Part shown: positions 11,590-22,344 of the stretch, piece after piece | How positions within the stretch are numbered: position 1 is the first letter of the stretch | Layout of the letters: every line of letters begins with the position of its first letter | Source of the DNA: Squalus acanthias | Lineage: Eukaryota | NCBI GenBank assembly: GCA_030390025.1 | Contig: CM059432.1 | Location: 3,782,001 to 3,846,000 of the forward strand | DNA: 64,000 bases | Direction of reading: 5' to 3' | The notes under the pieces: model-generated | What the model saw: only the letters and a program-made list of their open reading frames with translations | What the model was told of the DNA's origin: nothing | Databases searched by the model: none | Made by a program: the position numbers and the translations under genes

Positions 11590-13463
11590 ATGGAGAGGGT
11601 GAGAGAACGAGCTCATCGCTTCACCGAGCGGGCCTTGGATGCTCTGGTTGGCGCGGTGGAGCACAGAAGATGTATGCTCTTCCCTGAGAGTGGCAGGAGG
11701 CCTTTGCCACGCGAATTCAGAAGAGTGTGGAGGGAGGTGGCTCAGAGCGTCTCCTCCAGGAGCATGGTGCCCAGGACCCATACTCAATGCCGCAAAAAGT
11801 TCAACGACGTCACTCGGGTCGTCAGGGTGAGTGGCTTTTTCTCAATACCTCTCCATCCCTCCATCTCAACCTCACTCTATGGCCAGAGGGTCTTAAAACC
11901 CCAATGCACAACACTCATCCAACACCTATGGCCCTTTCATGAAACACACACACACATTCCACACTTTGCATACAGTAAGGGCTATTCACCTATGGGAGGC
12001 ACATCAGGCAAGACCATGGCTGCATACAGTAAGGGCTATTCACCTATGGGAGGCACATCAGGCAAGACCATGGCTGCATACAGTAAGGGCTATTCACCTA
12101 TGGGAGGCACATCAGGCAAGACCATGGCTGTATATTTACTCAGATGCTGTCCTTTTTCTTACAGGCCAAGCTGGCGCATAATCGGAGACAGCAGCAACGG
12201 ACAGGTGGAGGGCGGCCTCAGCTGCAACCCCTCAGCGATCTTGAGGAGCGCGTCCACAGGATTGTGGCAAGCCGGGTGATCGGTCCCGTCGCCACTGGAG
12301 ACGCCGACCCCGTTCTGGACAGCAATGGTAAGGTCATCACCTTTTTGTCCTCTGTCCTTCCACTTGTCCCTCACAACACCAGCCTTTGACACTTTCAATC
12401 CAACTTGCTAACTCGCTGCACTTATTCCTCCCTTACTGCCACCCTGTCCTCACGCTAAAGCCACTCTTGTACCTCCCTGCTTTCAGATGGTGATTCACCA
12501 GCTGAGGAGACGGGCCCTGAAGCTGCCACTGGGAGTGATGCTGCAGCCGAGGAGGAAGAGGAAGCCGGAGCATCAGTGCCACCCTCTCCCGAGGAAGCCC
12601 ATGCCCACACTGGGAACACGCCTTCCCTGGAGGGGAGCAGGGGGGAAGGGTCTGATGAGGGTGAAGCTCCAGGACCCAGCGGGCTGCAGCAACGCCATGG
12701 GGGTAGGGAAGAACGGGGGCCTTCTCCCCAGAGGGAGAGTATGCCAGACACTCCTACTGCAATGGACGCAGAGGAGGAGCGGCTGATCGCAGAAATGAAC
12801 ACCCAGGCGGTGGGCATGCACACTGAGCTCATGGGTGCAGTGGGAAGGGTGCCCGAAGTCATTGAGTCACTGGCAAGGAGTGTGGAGCACTTCGCTGTAG
12901 CACAGGCGGATGCCACACTAACGCTTAGTGCTGCAATTCAGTCACTGGCTGCCGTGATCCCATCTCTGACTGCTCTCATGCAGACTCAGATTGAGGCCAC
13001 GCGAGCACAGACTGCTGCCAACCTCGATGGTTCGTGCACATGTCCCCGGGGCTGTCACCGCGCCGCAGCAGGCCAGCAATCTGTTCTCCAGCAGATTGCT
13101 CCGGATGCTGAAGTGCTGCCCCGTGGGAGTGCCAGTGTGTCGGGCGAGCAGGGAGTTGCTGTCCTCTCTCACAATGACAGCATTCCTGCTGCCAACACTG
13201 TCACTTCTCCACTGCACTTGCCACCGCCTGTAGGACAGACTGCTGCCGCCCATGCAGAGTTGGTGCAGTCTGCAGCCGGGCCCTCCAGGCCCAGAAGTGG
13301 TCGAGGCCGTCCTTCAGGGGCATCTGCAGTGTCAGGGTCTGATGAGCAGCAGCCTTCCACCAGCCTTGCTGCAGCCACTGAGGTCCCATTACGGAGGAGC
13401 AGTAGGGTTAGAAGGGGGGAAGTGCGCAAGGGAAGGAGATCACCCTCGAAGGGCAAAAAGTAG
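11590..13463 (+). CDS. Harbinger Myb/SANT-like DNA-binding protein, 3 exons (11590-11826, 12165-12327, 12487-13463), 458 aa
   Basis: RFTERALDALV...WREVAQSV..S..PRTHTQCRKKFNDV is a Myb/SANT-like domain; GTGAGT..TTACAG and GTAAGG..TTTCAG introns join in frame (phase 0, phase 1); the typical RTGGG motif is in exon 2; basic C-terminus. Confidence 0.85.
11967..12130. repeat. 3 x 54-bp perfect tandem repeat in intron 1 of the Myb/SANT-like gene
   Basis: GCATACAGTAAGGGCTATTCACCTATGGGAGGCACATCAGGCAAGACCATGGCT starts at 11968, 12022 and 12076. Confidence 0.95.
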
Positions 13464-13775
13464 GAGGTGTGACAAAATGCTGGTCATTTTTTTATTAAAG
13501 GTCGAGGTTCATGGTCCAACTTTTGTTTAGTGTTTTGGACATTATCTCCAGGTTGTGAGAACCAGTTATCTTATTGACTGTTTTTTTGTGTTTATTTCTA
13601 TGAGTTTGTCATGAGGAATTGACACACACAGAGTTTGTAAAATAAATAAGTTTCTGTATTCAAAATATACATGTTTGGTGTTTGGAATTATTGGTGCCTT
13701 GGCCGGCTTAGGGGTTGCGTGCTGGGTTCATTAATGTTGTTAGCAATGGCAGAAGCCATTTCCACAGCAGGGACC

Positions 13776-14936
13776 CTAGAAGCGGCTTGCTATTAGCCGT
13801 TGACGGACGGCCCTTGCAGTTTGACCATTGTGGGCCGCCCTCCCGCCTTGGTGCTGCTGATGATCATCCTCCTCGTCCTCTTCCTCCTCTTCCTCCTCCT
13901 CCTCTGGTGGTGCTCCAAGGCCTGGTGGCATTGGCTGGGTCCTGAGGATTGCCATGTTATGCAACATGCAGCACACGACTACGAAGTTCGATACTCGCTC
14001 AGGCGAGTACTGCAGGGCTCCTCCAGAATGGTTGAGACAGCGGAACCGTTGCTTCAGCACGCCGATTGTGCGCTCAATTATGTTCCTGGTAGCTTGATGG
14101 CTCTCATTGTACCGCAGCTCAGCAGGGGTGTTGGGCGTACGGAGCGGTGTCATCAGCCAGGTGCTCAATGCATACCCCTTGTCCCCGAGAAGCCAACCAA
14201 CTGGCTGATGCGGTGCCTCGAAAAGTTCTGCCACAGTAGTCTGGCACAGGATAAAAGCATCGTGGCAGCTGCCAGGATAGTGGGCATTGACAGCGAGTAT
14301 CAGCTGTCTGTGGTCACAGACCAACTGAACATTCAAGGAATGGAACCCCTTTCTGTTCCGGAATTCCTCGGCATTCTCATGCGGAGCACGCAAAGCCACA
14401 TGCGTGCAGTCAATGGCGCCCTGCACCATGGGGAAGCCCGCTACCCTCGCAAAGCCCAGAGCGCGGTCACGCTGCTTGTCTGGGGTCATGGGGAAAGAGA
14501 TGAACTCTCGTCTCCTTTTAAAGAGGGCATTTGTGACCTGCCGGATGCAGCAATGCACCGCGAACTGGGAGATATTGACGAGGTCCCCAGCAGCAGCTTG
14601 AAATGAGCCAGTAGCGTAAAAGTTGAGAGCCACTGTGACCTTCACTGCCACTGACAGAGACGTCCTGGACCTCAGTTGAGGCTGCAGATCTGGCTGCAGC
14701 AGGTGGCAGAGCTCAGTGACCACCTCCTTGCTGAATCGCAGCCTTCGCAAACACAGCTCCTCAGACATATGGATGTAGGAGAGCTGTTCACGATATACCC
14801 TGGGAGGGTAAGCTCTCCTGTACATACGCCTGTTGGCCCTCCTCCGTCTGGCCATCATTGCCACTCTCTCTCTGCGTCTCTGTATCCTCCGATTCAGCTG
14901 GAGCAGGACGACGCCCCCAATCAGTGCAGCCCCCAT
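13776..14936 (-). CDS. Harbinger transposase (HARBI1-like DDE nuclease), 386 aa from the first ATG
   Basis: Motifs LRFSKE, GAIDCTHV, FRNRKGFHSLNVQLVCD, PGSCHDAFI, LLGDKGY, YNESH..TRNIIERTIGVLKQRFRCL, CCMLHN; no internal stops; acidic tail. Confidence 0.95.
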   Translation of the reverse strand: MGAALIGGVVLLQLNRRIQRRRERVAMMARRRRANRRMYRRAYPPRVYREQLSYIHMSEELCLRRLRFSKEVVTELCHLLQPDLQPQLRSRTSLSVAVKVTVALNFYATGSFQAAAGDLVNISQFAVHCCIRQVTNALFKRRREFISFPMTPDKQRDRALGFARVAGFPMVQGAIDCTHVALRAPHENAEEFRNRKGFHSLNVQLVCDHRQLILAVNAHYPGSCHDAFILCQTTVAELFEAPHQPVGWLLGDKGYALSTWLMTPLRTPNTPAELRYNESHQATRNIIERTIGVLKQRFRCLNHSGGALQYSPERVSNFVVVCCMLHNMAILRTQPMPPGLGAPPEEEEEEEEEDEEDDHQQHQGGRAAHNGQTARAVRQRLIASRF

Positions 14937-15127
14937 ATTCTCTTTGCAAGCAAAGTAATGAAGGACAGCAACTAAAGTACCAGCGAAGTTAGGATCAGTA
15001 GGCAAAACTACCTCACAAAGCGTTGAGTCAATGCAGAAGTCTCTCTTTCTCTCTCTCCGAATCTCTCTCGCTCTCTCAGAACGAGTGGTGCAAAAATGTC
15101 GACCACAGAAAAAGACAGGAAGAGGCC

Positions 15128-15145
15128 CCCTTTAAATAGCGCCCC
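15128..15145 (-). promoter_or_regulatory. Putative TATA-like box for the nuclease gene
   Basis: CTATTTAAAGGG on the minus strand about 200 bp upstream of ATG 14936, in a GC-rich context. Confidence 0.35.
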
Positions 15146-15298
15146 CCCCCAGCCCCACAGCGATTGATAGCGTTCCAGTCTTCCGGTCGTTGGATGCGCC
15201 AGGCGGTAAGGCAGGGGGCGCCACTCAATTTCCGCTCCGGGGCGCCACAAGGGCGTTGCACCATGGAATGACGTCACAATCTGCACGCGCAGGTGGTC

Positions 15299-15600
15299 AT
15301 AGAAACATACATAGAAACATAGAAACTAGGAGCAGGAGTAGGCCATTCGGCCCGTCGAGCCTGCTCCACCATTCAATACGATCATGGTTGATCATCCAAA
15401 TTCAGCACCCTGCCCCTGCCCCCTCACACAGAATCCCCATCGATCCTGCACCGACACATATCCCACCCTATCCCCGTAACCCCACATATTTAATTCCCCC
15501 TAACATATCCCATCCTATCCCTGTAACCCCACATATTTAATCCCCCCCTAACACTAAGGGTCAATTTATCATAGCCAAATCAACCTAACCCGCACATTTT
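15299..15600 (-). mobile_element. Truncated SINE-like retroinsertion with a CR1-derived tail, probable TSD TGGTC
   Basis: (CATAGAAA)n plus CR1 tail at 15299-15395; TGGTC at 15294-15298 and 15601-15605. Confidence 0.65.
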
Positions 15601-17214
15601 TGGTCGCAGTGGTAAGTTTTAGCGCCGCCGCACAATCTCTAGTTAAGTTCCCGAGCGGCGCAAACATCGCTGCGCCCGGGCGTTAGCGGCTTTGCGCCCC
15701 ATTAGCACCCTCTTAAGGCGCTAACGGGAGGCGCAACCAACTGAATTTTTACCCCAAAGTGTTCAGGACTGATCAAACCTTTCAAATTTGTAAATTTCAC
15801 ATGTCTGTAGGAACGGGGGTTCCAACAGCCAGTCTGTGAAATTGACAAGGAGAATATCGGCTCTCCCGATCCACCGCGGCTAAAGGTTGTAGGAAGAAAA
15901 CAAGGTAAGTGAACACTTTTAAAACTTATCACTCACCTTGCATACTTCCCACTCCACACTTGCACCCATCACTCACCTCTACACCTTACTTCCAGGTGCC
16001 TCCGACCACCGCAGACCTCCTCCACGTCTCCTCCAACCCGGCGGGGTTCTCCGAGGTCGGGAAGCCTTCACCTGTGAAGGTAAAATGGCACTAATCATTT
16101 TTTCTGCCTGTTAACTACCTGTTAACAGGCAGTTAAAAGGATTAAATGCCTTTCCCGCCTCCAGGAGACGGGACCGGAAGCTGCACATCTTCCCGCCTCC
16201 TGGCAAAAGGGCACGGAGGCGGGATGGGGGCGGGTTTGCCATCTGCCCCCACTTTCTCCGAGTTTACCGGCTGTCCCGCCTCCATGCCCGCCTCCTCGGG
16301 GCTTGGAAAATCCAGCCCTATGACTCTATTCATGAAGCCCAGGATCCTGTGCGCTTTTTAAACCGCTTTCTCAACCTGCCCTGCCACCTTCAACGATTTG
16401 TGTCTAAAATACAAATTTCTATCTAAATGCAAGTGGCTGCTGTTGTTAACCACTGTCCCTGCCATCGGGATGGCTTGGGCGATGGAAGCAGCTGACAGCC
16501 GTTTGATCTGTGGCTCTCTGAAAATACTTTGGGAGCGACATTAACAAACCTGGGCCTGTGCGTTCTGAATATAATCACCAAATTTCCTGATCAATTGAAG
16601 TGACATGTTGACACTTTTATCATTTTTCAGCAGCTAGCGGAACATTAAATACATAAAAGTGGATTTAAACATCTCGTAATGTCATTGCCGAGGAGCCTCT
16701 TTTCTTAAGTTGGTCCTCGGTAGGCCCACTGTTTGTGCTGATGGATGGAAATGATTGCAGTCGGGACGTGAAGAGGGCAAGAAACGCTAAACGCAGGCCA
16801 GTGTTTGTCAAGTGTGAATGTGACAGCAAGATTTAGCGTACGCGCGAAACAATGCACATTACTGTAATTACCATCCCGCCTAGCCTTCACCACGCTCATG
16901 TCAGTGTCAGTCACACTCATTCCAACAGACAAATGAAAGCCCTGAGCTCATTCATCAACGAGGTTCTAAAGAAACCGCATAACATTGGCCTCCCTGTCTG
17001 GTTGATGTCCAACTGCAAGCTCGGGAGGAAAAAGCACACACATGTCTTAAGCTATGAATTTATGATGTCCCCGCAGAGAGTGTGAAGGTGACTGAATGAC
17101 ACGCAGTGAGATATGCACCTGTCGGAATGAATGACCTATCCCCCCACACCCCCTCCCACCCCCATAAAAGATTTGACTCTTTGGGGGCGATTTTCTGACG
17201 CTGGAGGAGGCGGG

Positions 17215-18910
17215 TGTAGGGGGTGGTGTGGTAGGGGTCAGCCTCGCCTCTGACTCAGTGAGCGGTTCGAATCGCTCCCATGCCTCTGGTTCTAGACCTT
17301 GGACTTATTTAGGGGTTGTTAACAAAGATGCAGTAGACAACAGGTTTGGATGAAAGAGTTTTGACTTTTATTAAAAGAAAAAGGTAACAAACTTTAAACA
17401 CACTTAACACTTAAACAGGTTGGGGAACACACGGTGCAGGCGAGGGAGAATGACAATATACAAAAAAAAACCCTATCCCTCCCAAAATCCCACTATCTAG
17501 CTGGGTTTCAATTTTAGGAGATCAGGGATAATGCTCACCAAACAGACAGTTCGAAATCCAGCCAGGTAAGTTGATTGCGTTTTTGGGGTACTCTCTTTTT
17601 GTCCTTTGGGGCCTGCCGTCCCCACGTGGTACCGGTCTGTGGAATCTGCGAAGGCTCCTCAGTCGGGTGGAGTCCGCAGATGCGGTAGGGCGCGGTTGTG
17701 GATTTATCAGGTAAGTACCCGATTTCTTTGCTTTTAGCTGTAGGTTTAGAGTCTTTGCATGCAAGTCTTAACCAGGGGTAAGCCAGGAGTAGCTGTAGGG
17801 TTGGCGTTTCTTCGGGTTTCCCCTGGTTGGCTGATTTCGGTTGTGGTTGCCTGGTGGTTGGTCGTTGTGCGGGGCCTTGGTCCCCGCGGTACTTTTGAGT
17901 GGCGGTTCACCTCGTGGAGCCCTTGGTGGTTCTGGTGGTCGATTTGTTGCGTTGGAGGCCTGTCGGGGCGGTACCTCCTGAGGCTGGACCGTGGGTTGAG
18001 CGATGCCGACTCGCTCCCAGGCTCCAGTGACGTTGGCTAGTGGCTGTTAGTGCTGGACCGTGTACTGAGCGATGCCGACTCGCTCCCAGTGGTCTCAGCT
18101 CTAGCCCTTGCCTGGCCTTGTCTGTCCCTGCCTCCGATCTCGCCCCGGGTCTGCCTCGTGGCCTTGCTGCTTCTCTCCTCCTCCTGCTCGTGTCGTGTGG
18201 CCCTCTGTAGCTGTGAGTAGCTTGCTGTGTGTGCTGGGGGAATAGGCCCTCAATTATACTGTTCAGGCCCATTGTCTTAGGTTTTGGCTGGCTTGTTAAG
18301 TTTTGATGACTTCAACTTTATGTGTACTTGTCCTGATGGCTTCCGATGTCTTCCGTTTAGGCAAGGCCTTTATCTACGCGCCAAATCTCACCCCCTTTGT
18401 CTTAGGTTTTTGGTGGGCTTGTTAATCTGTCCCTGTAGATACTTGGCTAATTGGTTTTTGATGGGGTGATGGGTGTACTGGATGTTTTATTGTTTTCAGG
18501 CTCCTAGCATCCTGTTTGGGCCTGGGGATTTTCAAATGGGGTCTTGGATTATTCAATTTTGGATGTGTTTGTGAGGTTTTGGATGAGGCTCTTCCTCCTG
18601 CTTGGATTGCAGTGCAAACATTTTCCAGACAGCTTGACTGGGCCCCAATATCCAAAAGCTGTCCACTGCCTCGCCACACCCCTCCGCAGCCTGTCTTGTG
18701 TCTGTGAAAGGTGTTTTCCCCAATAGTAAATATCCAAAAGTCATTTTCCTCAGGGGTTTTCTTCCCTGATCCTTAAGAATGTCCAAAACTGAGGTTTTTG
18801 TCTCAAATCACTTCACTTAGGTCCCATCATCCCAAATCCGTATGAAAAATCCCCAAATCACCCCTTTTAGGGTTCTATTTGAGTTTCTGGGGGTTTTTGC
18901 GAAGCCTACA
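17215..18910 (-). mobile_element. Solo LTR (1696 bp), 4-bp TSD CGGG
   Basis: TGTAGG...CCTACA termini; CGGG at 17211-17214 and 18911-18914; AATAAA on the minus strand at 17367-17372; no coding region. Confidence 0.85.
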
Positions 18911-19445
18911 CGGGTTTGGAGTCGGGAAAGGCAGGAAAATTCGAATTACTGAGGTCGGGTCAGAAACCCGACTCCAACCCGCCTCCGTGGGATTTTGCCG
19001 GTGCCGGTTTTTAGGTCGGGAAACGCTCCCGCCTCCAGCTGGCCATAGCGTTAATTAACTACTGTAAATGCTTGTTAAGGGCCGCTCTAATCCTATTTTG
19101 AGAGGCCCTCGTGAATTTACCATCATTTCGGCGTGCTTCACGCAACTTCTGAACCACGCCAGGTAAACCTGGCGGGTTGACCCGTGGGTGGCCTCCTCAC
19201 TGCTGCAGGTCTAACAAGACCTCGTTCACTGCAGCAAGGATTACTTGCAGGTGCCAGACCTTGGCTTTAAAAGGTCTCTGAGCACTTTTAGAAGGCCTTC
19301 CGAATTTGGAGGTGCTACAGCTTGACTCCATCAACTGTGGGACCTCCTGGGAAGAACCTCGCCCCGCTTACAATGAGCGCTTCCCCAGAGGAGGCATCTG
19401 CAAGCAGAATGGGAAACATTCATTTCCTTACACCTTGGACCTCAG

Positions 19446-19547
19446 ATGAGGATGAGGAGGAGGAGGAGGCTGAGGAGGAAGAGGATGATCTGGAGGAGGA
19501 GGAGCAGGAGGAGGAGCAGCAGGAGGAGGAGGAGGAGCAGGAGGAGG
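19446..19547 (+). repeat. (GAG)n-rich low-complexity tract
   Basis: About 100 bp of GAG/GAT/CAG triplets. Confidence 0.9.
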
Positions 19548-20440
19548 TCAGAGCGCCGGTGTTTTGACCAGCGGCAGCGGCAGCACGTGAGCACATGGCT
19601 GCCAGGGATTAACTTATCATGGCCAGATTTGCATAAGTTGCCCAAGTTGGCACGTGTCCTTGGCTCCATCCTAGGACATCATTGACAATGGACATGACTC
19701 TCTGGCCTCCTTTCACTCAGGCCACCAACCTGACAATGCAAGTGTGGCGGAGCCCGCAATGTGGAGCTGCCTAAGGCGAAAGAACAGATGGCATAACGCC
19801 AACATTTTGGCTTCAAATCATTTTAATACTTTCCAACAGGGATGGCATTTCATCAATACACAGAAACAGTCTCCCTATCTGCACACAGATCTGGAGGTTA
19901 TATCCCTTGCCAGCTGTACCCACACAGCCTTGGTTTCTTTGGCAGGCCCCTTCCTCCGAGATGAGTGGAAGAGCACCTCCATGCTAGCTGTCTCCCCCTC
20001 AAACAACATTTGCAGCGCCTCATCCGAGAGCCTCGGGTAGGCCCTTGCCTTGGAATTGGACAGAGTGGTTTCTCAAAAGATGTTGGAGGTGGTGCAGGAG
20101 ATGCAGAAATGCTGTGGAATGAGCCAAGGGAGCAAGAAGTCATAAAATCAGACTGGAAAAGTGCTGTCAACTGAGGCGAGTTTCAGTCCCAAAACACTAA
20201 TTGAGCAAGGGCATCCCGCACCTCTGAAATCAAGTGGCCAATCATGGGAAAATCGCAAATTTTTGAAAACTATCAGTGGAGGCGAGTTTCTGACACACCC
20301 AAGCCGAAACCCGCCTCCATCTCGCCTCCAGTGAGAAAATCGCCCCCTTTATGTTTACATAGAATTAGGTAGAACATGCAGCACTGAAACAGGCCATTCG
20401 GCCCAACTAGTCTGTGCTGGTGTTTATACTCCACACGCGT

Positions 20441-20915
20441 GTCAGCTGTGGCTCAGTGGGCAGCACTCTCTCTCTCGCTTCTGAGTCAGAAGGTTGTGGG
20501 TTCAAGTCCCACTCCAGAGACTTGAGCACAAAAATCTAGGCTGACACTCCCAGTGCAGTGCTGAGGGAGTGCCGCACTGTCGGAGATGCCGTCTTTCAGA
20601 TGAGACGTTAAACCGAGGCCCCGTCTGCCCTCTCAAGTGGATGTAAAAGATCCCACAGCCACTATTTCGTAGAAGAGCAGGGGAGTTATCCCCAGTGTCC
20701 TGGGGCCAATATTTATCCCTCAATCAACATCACTAAAACAGATTATCTGGTTATTATCACATTGCTGTTTATGGGACCTTGCTGTGCGCAAACTGGCTGC
20801 CGCGTTTCCCACATTACAACAGTGACTACACTTCAAAAGTACTTCATTGGCTGTAAAGCGCTTTGAGACGTCCGGTGGTCGTGAAAGGCGCTGGAGAAAT
20901 GCAAGTCTTTCTTTC
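20441..20915 (+). mobile_element. tRNA-headed Deu-domain SINE (SacSINE1-like), full length
   Basis: A box TGGCTCAGTGG, B box GGTTCAAGTCC, Deu-like GATGAGACGTTAAACCGAGG..AAAGATCCCA, L2-like tail GAAAGGCGCT..AAATGCAAGTCTTTC. Confidence 0.88.
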
Positions 20916-21560
20916 TCCCATTCCATCTCCCTCATCTCAGCCTTTCAGCATATCTTTCTATTCCCTTTTCTCTTATGTACTCGTCTAGTTTCCTTTTGAA
21001 AGCATCGATGCTATTCGCCTCAACCACTCCCTGTGGTAGCGAGTTGTACATTCTCACCACTCTCTCTGGGTAAAGAGATTTCTCCTTATTTCCCTATTGG
21101 ATTTATTAGTAACTATCTTTTATCTATGGTCCCTAGTTTTGGATTCGCCCACAGGTGGAAACATCTACCCTGTCCAACCCATTCATGATTTTAGAGGACC
21201 TCTATCAGCTCACCTCTCAAAAGCCCCAACCTGTTCAATCTTTCCCGATAGCTGTAATCTCTCAGATCTGGTAGCATCTTTGTAAATCTTTTGTGTGCTT
21301 TCTCCAATGCTTCTATATCCTTTTTATAGTATGGAGACCAGACTGTGCACAGTAGTATATGTGCGGCCTGACCAGGGTCCTATCCAAGTTTAACATAACT
21401 TCACTACTTTTGAATTAGAACATAAGAAATAAGACCATTCGGCCCCTCGAGCCTGCTCCGCCATTCAATAAGATCATGGCTGATCTGATCTCGGCCTCAA
21501 CTCCACTTTCCCGCCCGCTCCCCATAACCCTGGACTCCCCTGTTTTCCAAAAATGTGTCT
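20916..21560 (-). mobile_element. Degenerate CR1 fragments
   Basis: Reverse complement of CR1 ORF2 3' end and tails. Confidence 0.75.
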
Positions 21561-21769
21561 ATATATCTATCCTCCTTGAACTCTATACTCATAGAAATAA
21601 ATCCTAGTCCTTTGTTAGCATTTTTAATTGTGTTGCTGCTTTTAATGATTTGATGGATACTGACAATAATGGCACAAGAAACATAAAGCACGCTGACAAA
21701 TGCTGGTTTCCAAGTTTAGATTTTTTGGGGGGGGATCTGGCAGGTCAGATGCAATCATTTCAGCAATCA

Positions 21770-22306
21770 ACAACAACAACTTGCATTTCTATAGCGCCTT
21801 TCACGACCTCAGGACATCCCAAAGCGCTTTACAGCCAATGAAGTGCTTTTGAAGTGTAGTCACTGTTGTAATGTAGGAATAATAATAGAGTTTAATAGTA
21901 AAATTATTACGAATAATGCTTATAATAAAGGAGGAGACAGAGGTAGAGAGGTTTAGCCGCAGCCAATTGTGCACAGCAAGCTCCCACAAACAGCCATGTG
22001 ATAATGACTGGATAATCTGTTTTTGTTATGTTGGTTGAGGATAAATATTGGTCAGGACACCAGGGATAACTCCCCTGCTCTTCTTCAAAATGGTGCCATG
22101 GGATCTTTTACGTCCACCTGAGAGGGCAGACGGGGCCTCGGTTTAACGTCTCATCTGAAAGACGGCACCTCCGACAGTGCAGCACTCCCTCAGTACTGCG
22201 CTGGAGCATCAGCCTAGACTTTTGTGCTCAGGTCTCTGGTGTGGGGCTTGAACCCACAACCTTCTGACTCAGATGCAAGAGTACTACCCACTGAGCCTTG
22301 GCTGAC
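21770..22306 (-). mobile_element. Deu-domain SINE with an ~80-bp internal insertion
   Basis: Reverse complement of the SINE at 20441. Confidence 0.88.
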
Positions 22307-22344
22307 CAGTAGTAAAACATGCCAAGTCGCTTCACAGGAGCACA

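Larger units (their letters stand above)
11232..15755. mobile_element. PIF/Harbinger DNA transposon, apparently autonomous
   Basis: TIR GGGGGAAAAATT / AATTTTTACCCC; convergent Myb/SANT-like and DDE nuclease genes, the canonical two-gene Harbinger content. Confidence 0.92.
10947..16318. mobile_element. Non-autonomous GGGC-ended TIR element hosting the Harbinger transposon
   Basis: Perfect 12-bp TIR GGGCTGGATTTT/AAAATCCAGCCC; flanks TAA/TAT; internal motifs shared with the copies at 32332, 48423 and 60038. Confidence 0.85.
10339..16402 (-). mobile_element. CR1 fragment split by the 10947-16318 insertion (pieces 10339-10946 and 16319-16402)
   Basis: The joined flanks TTGTACTTTA|TGACTCTATTCATGAAGCCC match the uninterrupted CR1 at 1440-1470. 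Confidence 0.88.
17183..20347. mobile_element. Non-autonomous Harbinger-type TIR element, TSD TTT, carrying a solo LTR
   Basis: 14-bp TIR GGGGGCGATTTTCT / AGAAAATCGCCCCC; TTT on both sides; subterminal CCCGCCTCC repeats. Confidence 0.85.

Noticed and set aside
11967..12130. CRISPR-like array
   Set aside because: Head-to-tail repeats with no spacers, eukaryotic context, no cas genes
13800..14606. 268-aa antisense ORF and other shadow ORFs over TE coding regions
   Set aside because: Antisense to real coding frames, with no motifs
13776..15005. Domesticated host HARBI1 gene, or a 409-aa ORF start
   Set aside because: It is flanked by TIRs and paired with a Myb/SANT gene, so it is a transposon copy; the 15005 start is TTG and the first ATG is at 14936
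19322..19685. Poly-Glu, poly-Arg and poly-Leu ORFs
   Set aside because: Products of a GAG-rich repeat read in different frames
20441..20515. tRNA genes at the SINE heads
   Set aside because: A/B boxes are present, but each continues into a SINE body and tail; no complete cloverleaf
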